Shown here piece after piece: positions 8,424-18,415 of a stretch of DNA of 20,000 nt (its first letter is position 1; every line of letters starts with the position of its first letter). The DNA is from Barthelona sp. PAP020. Taxonomy: Eukaryota. Made by a program: the position numbers and the translations under genes. The DNA lies in NCBI GenBank assembly GCA_040182905.1, contig JARQWU010000005.1, forward strand, positions 106,256 through 126,255, read 5' to 3'. Under the pieces are notes generated by a model that saw only the letters and a list, made by a program, of their open reading frames with translations, searched no databases and was not told the DNA's origin.

Positions 8424-11036
8424 ATGTCTACAGAAGAAAATTTGAGCAGAATATCTTCAACAGGATTGAATTCAAATGAAAGAACTGAAAATATTTCGGT
8501 TAATGATGATTTGCCACCTGATTCCATTTGGGAGCCTTTAAAAACGGATCCTTTGTTTGTTTTGAAAAGTTTATGGATACCAAATCAAGAAGAAAGATTA
8601 AAATTAAGAATACTTGATGTTGTTATGATTGAAGAAGGTGTACCGACGAAATGGTTAATGACTACAAAAGATGGATATGTTCGTAAACGATATACTCAAC
8701 ATTTAAGGTATGTTTTAATCAAAGAAAAATTTTTGTCGTCGTTTGAAAATAGATCAGAATGCTTTTTCACAATAGCATATGTTAACTCATTAAATGAATA
8801 TAAATCGTTTGACAATAGCTTAGAAGCCTCGTTTAATTTAATACCTGATAGTCACTCACCTATATATTCATTTCCTGTGAATGTTATGCAATTTCGAGAT
8901 GATATTTTGGCTAGAAATTCTTCTTTAAAATTGTTACAAAGATGGCGACCAAATTTAGGGGGTTGGAGAAGTGTTTTGACAGTTGATTTCAAGATTACTC
9001 CTGGTGCTTCTAAACCTGTCACAAGGGCTGCTGCTTCTTTGGTTAATTCCTTATTTTTGATGGAAGATGATGACGAAGTTACTGATGCTCAGTCATTGCG
9101 TTTTCAATTGGATTCTCTTGTTGATGCTTCGAAAAATGCGAAAGTTTCAACTGAAGCGGAAGTGATGACTCAAAATTTGGCTTCATTTTTGGAAAAATAT
9201 TATCAAAGAACCATTCATCACATGGTTGTTGAATTTGTTGTGTCAACCAATTATCAGCCTTATTTTTTTAATTGTTGTAAGCTTGTATTTTTGCGAAAAA
9301 ATAAGGAAGATAATATAGGTGCTAATGAACTTCCTCATCTTTCCGATCTTTGTACTGCGTCTGATACAATCGTTTGTAAAGGAAAATTGTGTAATAAAGA
9401 ATTGTCACCTGATATTTTAAGTGTGATTGGTCCGATTCCACCGGTTGCACAGATGATTAAGAGTACTGATTTCAAAAAGATTTCAAGGAGAGTTTTAATG
9501 TGTTGGAGATCTTTTTTAGTCTCTGGAAAGCCTGCAAGTGAAAGTTATTTGAAAATACATTCTCAAGCGTTATCAAGTAATTATAGGAGTGATTATGTAT
9601 GTCCTAGATGTCATCATATATACAGTCATCTTGAAAAGATTGATATTTTGGAATTTTTGAAAGATAATTCAATCAATGAACCAGAAACTGCAACACATGA
9701 AATATTAGAAGAATTGTTAATGTTGCAACCCAAAAAAGCTTCAAATCTAAAAATTAAAACTTTGGATTTGAAAAGATCAGATTCAGGTGCTTTGACTAAA
9801 CCAACAATAAAGAGTAATTCAAGATTATTATCTTCTACCATTTCTCAATCTCATAGGGCCGGAACTAGCACAAATGAGATTGATAGTAGAACTACTGATG
9901 CGTATTTACCTTTAAAAACGACTAGAAATCATAGATTGAAAGTTTTGAATCAATTTATCGATTTTGAAAATGTAACAAGTCTAAAAACTCATGAAGCGTT
10001 TGATTGCACATTTAAATATTATTATGAAGGTGTAGAAAATATTAAAGATATTGAATATGATAATGATAAGTTGTTAGTAGTGTTTATTGATCCTTTGATT
10101 GGTAATTTTGAAGATTATTTGTTAAATTTTGATAAAGATGCAGCAGATTTATTGATACTTGCTACTCCTGGTTCTGGTGGATCATTACTTCCTCGAAACG
10201 TTTCATTTGAAACCATTTCTTTGGCTTTACAAAATATCATCAATAAATATCGTTGTGACCATCATAAATATGTTGAATTTATTGGTTTTGGTTTCAGTAC
10301 ACCATTCATCATCACTTTACAAAAGATTTTTGTCCCTTCAAAGATCTATTTGGTGAATCCAATTATTGATTTGAATAACATTAAAATACTTAGCTTTTTA
10401 CAAGGTTTATCAATTTTAATTCAAAGTGTTAGCAGTGAAATTTTACCCAAATTTGATCCAATTTCATGTTTTTATCCTAATCATCTATTTTCAGTAGAAT
10501 ATATGGAATCTAACAATTATTTGGAGGAAAATTTAATGTTTCCTGCCAGCAGAAACCGTTCTTCATATATGGAGATCATATCTCTTCTTGCAGATTCTAG
10601 ATTCACGCTAGATTTTGAATCACTGGAGAATAGAAATGTTGTGATATTTGATTCAACAGAAGATTCCGTTTTTGATCAAAAAAGCATTTTGGTGAAAAAA
10701 ATTCCCAATGCTAAATTTATTGATGTGGCTGGTGGTCATTATATTGTGAAAGAGAATCCATATGAAATTATATGTAAGTTAGTTGATAACGGTTTGAACG
10801 TTTTAAGGCCAAGTAAAATCGAATTTGAGGATTTTATGATTGAAGAACAAAATAAAGAAGAACAACTATTTGTTGAAGATGATGAGAATCAAGATGATGA
10901 TGTTTTTATTAAAGAAGAAGAAATTGAAGAAGAAATTGAAAAAGAGGATTTGAAGAAAGAAGAAAAAGAGGAAGAGCAAGAAGAAAATATTGATGATAAC
11001 AGCAATAAATCAGAGACATCTTCTGATATCCAATAA
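8424..11036 (+). CDS. Large hypothetical protein: unknown N-terminal region, Cys cluster, degenerate alpha/beta-hydrolase-like region, acidic tail
   Basis: 870-aa ORF from ATG 8424. Cys motifs CKGKLC and VCPRCHH. The C-terminal part has a hydrolase-like pattern (PGSG, FIGFGFS, LVNP, STED, GGHY) without a GxSxG serine. Confidence 0.6.
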   Translation: MSTEENLSRISSTGLNSNERTENISVNDDLPPDSIWEPLKTDPLFVLKSLWIPNQEERLKLRILDVVMIEEGVPTKWLMTTKDGYVRKRYTQHLRYVLIKEKFLSSFENRSECFFTIAYVNSLNEYKSFDNSLEASFNLIPDSHSPIYSFPVNVMQFRDDILARNSSLKLLQRWRPNLGGWRSVLTVDFKITPGASKPVTRAAASLVNSLFLMEDDDEVTDAQSLRFQLDSLVDASKNAKVSTEAEVMTQNLASFLEKYYQRTIHHMVVEFVVSTNYQPYFFNCCKLVFLRKNKEDNIGANELPHLSDLCTASDTIVCKGKLCNKELSPDILSVIGPIPPVAQMIKSTDFKKISRRVLMCWRSFLVSGKPASESYLKIHSQALSSNYRSDYVCPRCHHIYSHLEKIDILEFLKDNSINEPETATHEILEELLMLQPKKASNLKIKTLDLKRSDSGALTKPTIKSNSRLLSSTISQSHRAGTSTNEIDSRTTDAYLPLKTTRNHRLKVLNQFIDFENVTSLKTHEAFDCTFKYYYEGVENIKDIEYDNDKLLVVFIDPLIGNFEDYLLNFDKDAADLLILATPGSGGSLLPRNVSFETISLALQNIINKYRCDHHKYVEFIGFGFSTPFIITLQKIFVPSKIYLVNPIIDLNNIKILSFLQGLSILIQSVSSEILPKFDPISCFYPNHLFSVEYMESNNYLEENLMFPASRNRSSYMEIISLLADSRFTLDFESLENRNVVIFDSTEDSVFDQKSILVKKIPNAKFIDVAGGHYIVKENPYEIICKLVDNGLNVLRPSKIEFEDFMIEEQNKEEQLFVEDDENQDDDVFIKEEEIEEEIEKEDLKKEEKEEEQEENIDDNSNKSETSSDIQ

Positions 11037-11123
11037 TATGTGCTTATTATACTGAATCATTGTTGATTGAAGGAAAAAAAGTAAATTATGAGAATTGTAT
11101 TTTTTATTATTGTCAATTTTTAT

Positions 11124-12320
11124 ATGTATGCAGATTCAATTTGTGAAAAAAGGAAAAAAACTATTTGTGATATGCTTCCTTTGAGAATTGATGAAAATAG
11201 TATGGTTGAAATAAAGGGTATGCTTTCGGGTTATGTCTATGATTGTGCATATTCACCTGATGGAACATTATTGGTGATTTGTAGTGGGTGTATCTCCTAT
11301 GTAATTGATGTAGAAACAAAAAGATTGAATCGAACACTGAAAGATCATAGAAGTGCTGTCTATTGTGTTGCGTTTTCTCCAAATGGACAAAAGCTGGCTA
11401 CAAGTTCATCTGATTCATCAATTATAATATATAACCTTCCAGATTTCTCCATTTGTGGCAGATTGGATAACAACGGTGAAGTTTTTGGAATTTGTTTTTC
11501 CCATTGTTCCAATTACATATTTTTTGGTGATTTTAGTGGGTCTGTTAAAAAGTTGGATGCAAGTAGTAGTAATATTGTTTTGGAAAAAGGAGTCAATTCA
11601 GGTGGAATTTGGAGAATAAAACTTTCACTAGATGGTAAATATCTTTTTATTTGTAGTGGAAATAGAAATGCCAAGTTAATTGATGCTCAAGATTTCACTG
11701 TTTTTCATATTTTTGATCATGAAAATGTCATTGGAGCCATTGAATTCCATCCAACCAAAAGAATTTTGGTTGTTGGTGATCGTTCAAACAAAGTCAAGCT
11801 TTGGAATATGGATGATGGATTACTTATCCATACATTTATTATGGGTGGTCAAGTTTTTTCTCTTAAGTTCCTCACACCATTTATTCTACTTATTATGTCT
11901 GGTGATGGTTATATCACTTCATTCAACGTGGAAAGCTTTCAGCAGATTCAAAAGCTTTATTGTAGTTGTGATATTGCTCTTTTTTCATTTGCTATATCAC
12001 CTGATATGACCGAATTAGCATGTGGAAGATGTGGTATTAATTGTGTTAAGTTCTATTCAATTGTTCATTCTTACGATACCTCACAACAAGATAAATTCAT
12101 TGATTTGGCAAAGGATAGTGGTTGTGTATTGTCACATCTTATTTCTGTGAATATTGAAACTCAAATTATTAGAAAACTAATCGCTTTAGGTATTTGTATG
12201 GATGAAAATGAGTATAATATGCTTGTTGACACATGTTGGGATTTGGTTGGTATCAACAAAATCAATGGTGGCAACATGTACATTTTTGTGAATGAACAAA
12301 GTGATGATGATGATGATTAA
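11124..12320 (+). CDS. WD40-repeat protein (paralog B)
   Basis: Colinear with 2111-3337 over its full length (LNRTLKDH, FSHCSNYI, FAISPDMT, LVDTCWDLV..N..NGGNM, terminal DDDD). The start MYADSI at 11124 aligns with MFDESI of paralog A; an alternative ATG lies at 11088. Confidence 0.9.
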   Translation: MYADSICEKRKKTICDMLPLRIDENSMVEIKGMLSGYVYDCAYSPDGTLLVICSGCISYVIDVETKRLNRTLKDHRSAVYCVAFSPNGQKLATSSSDSSIIIYNLPDFSICGRLDNNGEVFGICFSHCSNYIFFGDFSGSVKKLDASSSNIVLEKGVNSGGIWRIKLSLDGKYLFICSGNRNAKLIDAQDFTVFHIFDHENVIGAIEFHPTKRILVVGDRSNKVKLWNMDDGLLIHTFIMGGQVFSLKFLTPFILLIMSGDGYITSFNVESFQQIQKLYCSCDIALFSFAISPDMTELACGRCGINCVKFYSIVHSYDTSQQDKFIDLAKDSGCVLSHLISVNIETQIIRKLIALGICMDENEYNMLVDTCWDLVGINKINGGNMYIFVNEQSDDDDD

Positions 12321-12943
12321 TTGGTTTTCTATCAACCACCATAATTTGCACTTGTCATACATTTGTCCTATAAATTGACCTCAAGCTATCCTAATCTTTG
12401 AATAGTTTTGTGGTGTAATCTTACTCATTAAATCTTGTTCAATTCAACTTTATATCTCTTTTCTTTGAACCAAAGCGTAGAAACAGTTATAATTTTGTAT
12501 AATTTAATGGGTTACAACTTTAGAATAATGGATTGCTACAATATATACTTAAGCATCAAGCAAATATTTTTGAAATCTGTGGTTTGGAGAATTTGCTGAA
12601 TTTTTGCGATGAACATCGTGTTTTACTCTGTATTTTCGTTGTATTAACTGTTGAAGGTGTCATTTTTCATTTTGGATGGGTTTGTTATTGATTGATGGAG
12701 AACTATCTTCATTTCAATTATTACCCTGTTTCTTTCATTGAGTGGATTTTAGACGATCACTGCCTTAAAATTGGAAGTTCACCCTTTAGTCAACGTAGTC
12801 CAACAACTCCAACAATAAAATATCTTGATCTTTATTTGTTTTGTTTGTGTAATAAGCATAAAGTTCTAAAATGAAACATTAATTTTTGAAAACTCAATTC
12901 AAATATTGTTTAAAATAATGAAAGCAATTCAATTAAATAGAAA

Positions 12944-13456
12944 TTGTGAAGCGCAGCGGACATTTCACAAGGAGGGAAAAAGAAAAGCGTGAAGAAATGC
13001 GCCAGAATTTGAATCAAGCAAAATTTTTCGTATTTCAAAATTTATCAAATAATAAAACAACTAGTTGAGCTTAAGACAAAGAAGAATCTAATGTTACTGG
13101 CTGATAAAGAATTTTGAAAGATTACAAAAGAAATTTTCCCAAAATTTTCAACCATTGTCTGAATTTCCTTAATCAAATTTTCTATCCAAAGTTATTGANN
13201 NNNNNNNNNNNNNNNNNNNNNNNNNNNNNNNNNNNNNNNNNNNNNNNNNNNNNNNNNNNNNNNNNNNNNNNNNNNNNNNNNNNNNNNNNNNNNNNNNNGC
13301 CAGTAACATTAGATTCTTATTTGTCTTAAGCTCAACTAGTTGTTTTATTATTTGATAAATTCTGAAATACGAGAAATTTTGCTTGATTCAAATTCTGGCG
13401 CATTTCTTCACGCATTTCTTTTTCCCTCCTTGTGAAATGTCCGCTGCGCTTCACAA
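12944..13456. mobile_element. Putative long-TIR DNA transposon or large element whose interior is collapsed into an assembly gap
   Basis: 12944-13101 and 13299-13456 are reverse complements (158 bp, 4 mismatches). Termini are (T)TGT...ACA(A), with a GAAA direct repeat at 12940-12943 and 13457-13460. Confidence 0.65.
13199..13298. other. Assembly gap (100 N, true size unknown)
   Basis: Run of exactly 100 N. Confidence 1.
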
Positions 13457-14498
13457 GAAAAGGTATACGAAAGCTTTTATATATGGTGTGTTATTGAAAT
13501 GGATAGTTCACACGACAATAATAATAAATGTTTATAAAGATCTTTATTGTTCTCGGTTAGAGTTTGGGGGTACTTGCAACTGAGTCATTTGGCGTGGATG
13601 ATTTAGGACACTCTTAAAAAGAAAGAAGTACTTCTGGTTTAGATGGGGCATGTATTTAAAGAAAAGTGTAATTCTTTCTTTTGCCCCTTGATTCACTTTA
13701 ATATCTCACTTATGTTCTCTTTGTAGGACTTTGATATTCCATGTTGACCTAATTAATCTGTTTGTATCCATAATCTTTGAATTCTTACGATCAATTTTAC
13801 TATTGCTTGAGCTTTTCAATTTTGATATCCATTAATATCTGAAATTGCAAGAAGAAACCTTAAACACATTTATGTTGTCTTTTCTGTAAAATCCATGTAC
13901 TTTGCTGCGAACATTTTGAGATGTTTTTATCACTTTACCCTTCAACTTTTTTGCTTATTGATGTCAGAAGCTGCAAAGCATTTTTCGGTGTGATTTATTC
14001 TTAACAGCAATGAAAGCCCAACTATTTCAAATTTAAAATGATTCTTCATGTAGAATTTGTTGCTTTATTGTTTCCATCAAGTGTTCTTCTTTTGAAACAG
14101 TATTAGGTCAATGAAAATCAAAAATCCCCAAATTTGCTACTCTTTCTTTATTGTGCAATTCATTCAAGCAGTGGTTGCTTTTTATTTAAATTTTTTTAAT
14201 CAAAAAAGACAAATAATTGAGAATTTTCAAGTTGAAAAAAGGATAAACTCCAATTGAATTTGCAAGAACACTTTTCAAAAAGAGATGTTTTAAACGGAAA
14301 AGATATGGTAAAAAGAGTTTTTGAGTCATTTTAACCCAATATATATCATTTTTCATTTAGTGGAGAATTAAACCAATATTATCCAATTTACACTGAAAAA
14401 AATATTCATCACAAACAAATATTGTGAAAAAAATTAAAATTTGGTCAAATCCAAAATCTTGACCTTTCATGATTTGAACTATTAACTTTTTTTCTTAC

Positions 14499-15863
14499 AT
14501 GAAGAGCATCAGTATCATATTAACATTATCTATTATTGGTTTGGTTTTTTGTTATAATGTTGTTGAAGACTACAATGATCAGACATATACCAATTATTTT
14601 GAACAAAAGTTAAATCATTTTGATCGTTTTGATTCAAGAACTTTTAAACAACGTTATTTTTTAAACACTGATTATTGGGATGGAAAGGGACCAATTTTTA
14701 TTTATATTGGAGGAGAAGCACCTCAATCTGCAGCTCCTAGTTCAAAAGGATTTTTGGGTGTGCTTGCAAAGGAACATAATGCGTTGATTGCCGCTCTTGA
14801 ACATCGTTATTATGGAAAATCACAACCTTTCAGATATCAAACCACCGAAAATCTTGAATATCTTTCTGTTAGTCAGGCTTTAGCTGATTTGGCTGAATTT
14901 ATTGTGTATATTAAGGATCAAATACATATTGATCGTCCTGAGTTCACTCCTAAGTTTGTAATTGCTGGAGGAAGTTATGCAGGCAGTTTAAGTGCTTACT
15001 TCCGATTGAAATATCCTCATTTAGTTCTTGGAGCTTGGTCTAGTTCTGGTGTTGTTAATGTCACCAAAGAGACCCTTTTCTTCACCGCATTTGATAAACA
15101 CATTGTTGAAGCTGCTGGAAAAGATTGTGGAGATGCTATGCGTGCTGTTACTGAAGAGTTTGACAAAATTTATCACGATAAGGAGAAATTAGCTGAATTT
15201 AAGTTCAGAATTAATTCTGTTGACATGGTTGATGAAGATGTTCCTTATATGGTTGCTGATTCTTTGGTTATGACTGTTCAATATTCATCAAAGAGCAAAA
15301 TTTGTCCCAAATTGGTGGACGGATTCAAGAAGAACGAAATCATGGAAGCTTATTATGATGTAATGAACAATATTTTTTTCCCCATTATTCTTAGAGGAGA
15401 TTACAAATCATACGATCGAAAATTTAATGCTAATACAGATACAGCAACATATGATTTGAGTGCTAGAACATGGTGGTTGCAAAAATGCAAACAAGTTGCA
15501 TATTTTCAAATAGCTTATCCTTCTGATCCAATTAGAATTCAGGATGTGGATATGAATTGGCATCTTGAACGTTGTGAGTATTTGTTTGGAAAGAATTTGA
15601 CCCCTGATATTCATGAAATGGAAGTTTTGTTCAATGGCAAAGATATTCATGCTGAAAATATTATCTATACTAACTTTAGTGATGATCCTTGGGCAGAAGC
15701 AGGTGTAAAGAGAGCGCCTAATGATAAGTGCTATTTCTCTTATGCCATTGGTGATGATTTGGGACATTGTATTGATATGCATGCTCCAAGTGACAGTGAT
15801 CCACAGAGTTTGAAAGATACAAGAAATTTGATCAGACAAGCCTTCAATGAGTGGTTGGCTTAA
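14499..15863 (+). CDS. Secreted/lysosomal serine carboxypeptidase, family S28 (PRCP/PRSS16-like)
   Basis: Signal peptide; FEQKLNHF..TFKQRY, GPIFIYIGGE, LEHRYYGKS and QALADLA; catalytic GGSYAG, DPW and GHC.D. Confidence 0.93.
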   Translation: MKSISIILTLSIIGLVFCYNVVEDYNDQTYTNYFEQKLNHFDRFDSRTFKQRYFLNTDYWDGKGPIFIYIGGEAPQSAAPSSKGFLGVLAKEHNALIAALEHRYYGKSQPFRYQTTENLEYLSVSQALADLAEFIVYIKDQIHIDRPEFTPKFVIAGGSYAGSLSAYFRLKYPHLVLGAWSSSGVVNVTKETLFFTAFDKHIVEAAGKDCGDAMRAVTEEFDKIYHDKEKLAEFKFRINSVDMVDEDVPYMVADSLVMTVQYSSKSKICPKLVDGFKKNEIMEAYYDVMNNIFFPIILRGDYKSYDRKFNANTDTATYDLSARTWWLQKCKQVAYFQIAYPSDPIRIQDVDMNWHLERCEYLFGKNLTPDIHEMEVLFNGKDIHAENIIYTNFSDDPWAEAGVKRAPNDKCYFSYAIGDDLGHCIDMHAPSDSDPQSLKDTRNLIRQAFNEWLA

Positions 15864-16155
15864 GTAAATTTCTTTATTGTTCTTTTTTGTTTGAAAAAAA
15901 TTCTTTTTATTTCAAAAGCCAAACCAAACCAGGATGTTTTGTCACTCTTTAAACATTAAATGTGTTGAAAAAACCAAGTTTTTTTTTTAGGAATATATTC
16001 GCAAAAATCAATCATTAGGATGCGTAAAACAAAAATAAGTGAAAAGAAATGCATAACACTTGAATTTACCAAAAAGAATCATGAAACAACTGTTTGTTTC
16101 TTTTTGAAATTTATCAAACATACATCAAACGTTGGGAAAATTTGAAAAATACATT

Positions 16156-16641
16156 TTACTTTAGAATCTTTGGGACATTATCTAATAGATGAAATTTTGA
16201 ATAGACATCAGCTTCAAAAGTTCTATTTTCCTCCAAATGCTCATTTTGACTATTAAAAATATTGTATGGTTCTGTGGGTACAATTCGACCACAATTGACA
16301 CAACTAACTATCCATTGGCCTTGAATAAAATGAACTGTCTTTGATTGAGCCAGATTTTTTTGTCGTTTGGTTGAAGAAAGGTTTGTACATATAACATGTG
16401 TAACTGAGGAATTTAAGTATGGAACAACTCTACCACCATGTAATTGGACCATTTTTCGAAGATGATAAGCAGAATATTCAATGTTTTTATCAGTTTGTCC
16501 ATTAAAAAAAAAGGTCAAATTAAAAAAAATGTTATCAATGGGTTGGATGGCTTGTTTTTGCAAAGCATTAGAACGCAAAGTCCACCACGGCTTTTTCATA
16601 ACGTCACTCGGTTTTCCAGCCTTATTGATTGTTTGTGACAT
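16156..16641 (-). CDS. Small stand-alone BRCT protein with a REV1-type BRCT domain
   Basis: IF.....FNG.TD...LRKMVQLHGG......VTHVICTNL...K...WIV.C...G.......Y resembles the REV1 BRCT. 161 aa, no polymerase domain. Confidence 0.75.
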   Translation of the reverse strand: MSQTINKAGKPSDVMKKPWWTLRSNALQKQAIQPIDNIFFNLTFFFNGQTDKNIEYSAYHLRKMVQLHGGRVVPYLNSSVTHVICTNLSSTKRQKNLAQSKTVHFIQGQWIVSCVNCGRIVPTEPYNIFNSQNEHLEENRTFEADVYSKFHLLDNVPKILK

Positions 16642-16706
16642 TCAAAATATCATTGAAACAAATTGCAAAATAAAAATTCAAACTATTTTTTTTTTATTAA
16701 AAACGA

Positions 16707-17627
16707 ATGCCACCAAAACAGGACCCATCAACTTTGTTAAAATCAACTTTAGAATTATCTAAAACCTTATCCAATCCTGGTTTAGTTGTTCTTGAAAGTT
16801 TCGCAGGATGGGCCAAGCGTTGTTTGGCTTGTGTGGATTTATTTAGACGATTACAAGTTGATTATGTTGATAAACCATTGCAATTTTGCAGAATTGATGC
16901 AAAATATTTAAAGGATGTTGACTCTGATGATTGTTGTCCTCATTTTCATTTTTTCTTACATGGTGAACAAGTGGATTTAATTAGAGGTGTAGACACACCT
17001 AAAATTATTAGATTAATTGAGAAATATTTGGGCGATGTTGATAAACAGCCTGAACAATCTCATGTAGATGAAACTGTTGTCCTTTTGGAAGATTTTGGTC
17101 AAGAAATAGAAAGTGAAAAAGAAGAAGAGGTGGAAGAAGAAGAAGAAGAAAAAGAAGAAGAAGAAGAAGAAGTGATGGCCAATACAGATAAAATGGAAGA
17201 AGAAGAATTTAAGCAAAAAGATGTAGATGAAGAGTTTACTACAAACAATGTTGACAAAGTTAGCATTGAGAATGAATCTGTCAAAGAAGAAAAAACGTCC
17301 ATTGAAAATATTGAAGAAAGTAATATCGAAAAGACTGACTCTGTTTCAAAGCTTGATTCAAATGACCAAAAAGAGAAAAAAGAGGAGAATAAGGAAAAAG
17401 AAGAAAATATTATTGATAAAGTTATTGATTTTGTGGAAGATAATGTTATTGGAAAGGAAGAAAATGATGCAAATAATGAAAAGGAGGAAATTATGGAAAA
17501 TGACAAGATTATTGTCAGTGATGATAAAGATGCCGTGAAAACAGATGTTGTAAAGGATGAGCAAGATGATGAATCGACTCCACCACCTCCAAAGTCACCC
17601 ATCAACAGTGATAATGTTCGCCCATAA
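16707..17627 (+). CDS. Thioredoxin-like protein resembling dynein-associated thioredoxins (NME8/9 Trx domain, outer-arm light chains), with a long acidic tail
   Basis: GLVVLE.FAGWAKRC...LFRRL...LQF..ID...CPHFHFF..G..VDLIRG..P. The active site reads WAKRC rather than WCGPC. Glu/Lys/Asp-rich C-terminal 190 aa. Confidence 0.7.
   Translation: MPPKQDPSTLLKSTLELSKTLSNPGLVVLESFAGWAKRCLACVDLFRRLQVDYVDKPLQFCRIDAKYLKDVDSDDCCPHFHFFLHGEQVDLIRGVDTPKIIRLIEKYLGDVDKQPEQSHVDETVVLLEDFGQEIESEKEEEVEEEEEEKEEEEEEVMANTDKMEEEEFKQKDVDEEFTTNNVDKVSIENESVKEEKTSIENIEESNIEKTDSVSKLDSNDQKEKKEENKEKEENIIDKVIDFVEDNVIGKEENDANNEKEEIMENDKIIVSDDKDAVKTDVVKDEQDDESTPPPPKSPINSDNVRP
17118..17172 (+). repeat. Imperfect (GAA)n coding microsatellite (poly-Glu)
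   Basis: gaagaagag...gaagaagaagaagaa encoding EEEVEEEEEEKEEEEEE. Confidence 0.85.
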
Positions 17628-17954
17628 GAAATTTTATGTGTAAAGTTATGAATTTTTTTTAATTAAAATAGTTTTGAAAGATTTCAAAAAAAAAAAGAAG
17701 CAACACTTCAATGGACAATCTGACTTTATGCAATTTAAAATTTGAACAAATTTCATGGCTAAATAATGATCAAATCAAAAAGGAAAATGAAAAATAAACG
17801 AAAAATTGATGATTTAAAATATTTCAATTTTTGGGGTTTCAAATCCAAAAAGAAGAGCAAGAGAAGCTCCAAATCAAAAAGAAACGTGTTTTCAAAGAAT
17901 AAAACAAACCTCAATCAAAATCAGTATGTTATTTTTTTTTTCAAGTTATTTGCA

Positions 17955-18369
17955 ATGCAAAATACGGAAACTCGTCAAGTTTACGAAAATACATATCAAT
18001 TAAAACCCGAAAGACCGTATATATTATTGTGTGAATTGTATCTAACATTGTAGATTTGAAATACCAAAAGTAAGAACAATTATTGAAGAAGTTCTTAATT
18101 CAGAATTAGAAAATAAGTATTATGATCCAGATTGGGCCAATTCAGTTGCACAAACCATCTCTGAGAAAGTTGTCAAAAATATTCAAACTCTTGAATTTGA
18201 TAGATTTAAAATAGTATGTCAAACATCCATATTTGAAAATCGTGGACAAGGTATGGCAGTATCTTCAAGATGTTTGTGGGATTCTGAAACAGACAATTAC
18301 GTATCTGTTACTCATAAAGGCCAAACTTTCCAAGCTGTTTGCATTGTATTTGGTGTTTATTTTGAATAA
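17955..18369 (+). CDS. Tctex1-family dynein light chain (TCTEX1D2/Tctex2-like); exons 17955-18016 and 18054-18369, 125 aa
   Basis: Spliced translation MQNTETRQVYENTYQLKPERP|FEIPKVRTIIEEVL...YDP...DRFKIVCQ..ENRGQGMAVSSRCLWDSETDNY...VFGVYFE carries the hallmark Tctex1 motifs. Not called by the ORF track. Confidence 0.9.
18017..18053 (+). other. 37-nt spliceosomal intron, phase 2
   Basis: GTATAT...TCTAAC-ATTG-TAG. Removal puts ENTY.L.P in frame with the Tctex1 domain. Confidence 0.9.
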
Positions 18370-18415
18370 TATTGTGTAAAGAAGAAGAATTTTTTTTTTG
18401 TTTGATGTTTTGTTG

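Noticed and set aside
12944..13456. Inverted repeat as a pure assembly duplication or a structured RNA gene
   Set aside because: Four mismatches and a flanking direct repeat argue against an exact read-overlap artifact, though mis-scaffolding is not excluded. No tRNA/snRNA/rRNA hallmarks are seen.
13114..13583. ORFs 13114-13329 and 13383-13583 as a transposase
   Set aside because: One is open only because of the N gap; the other is short, runs out of the TIR into flank, and has no recognisable motif.
15669..15679. ACTAACTTTAG branch-point/acceptor-like motif inside the S28 peptidase
   Set aside because: It encodes the conserved YTNF..DPW region of an uninterrupted ORF; no intron is needed.
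17013..17605. Antisense and alternate-frame ORFs (poly-Phe, poly-Ser, Lys-rich) over the thioredoxin tail, and similar short shadow ORFs elsewhere
   Set aside because: By-products of low-complexity or biased codon usage in the real genes.
17766..17954. Lys-rich N-terminal part of ORF 17766-18053
   Set aside because: A/T-tract intergenic sequence. The Tctex1 gene more plausibly starts at ATG 17955, after the usual T-tract.
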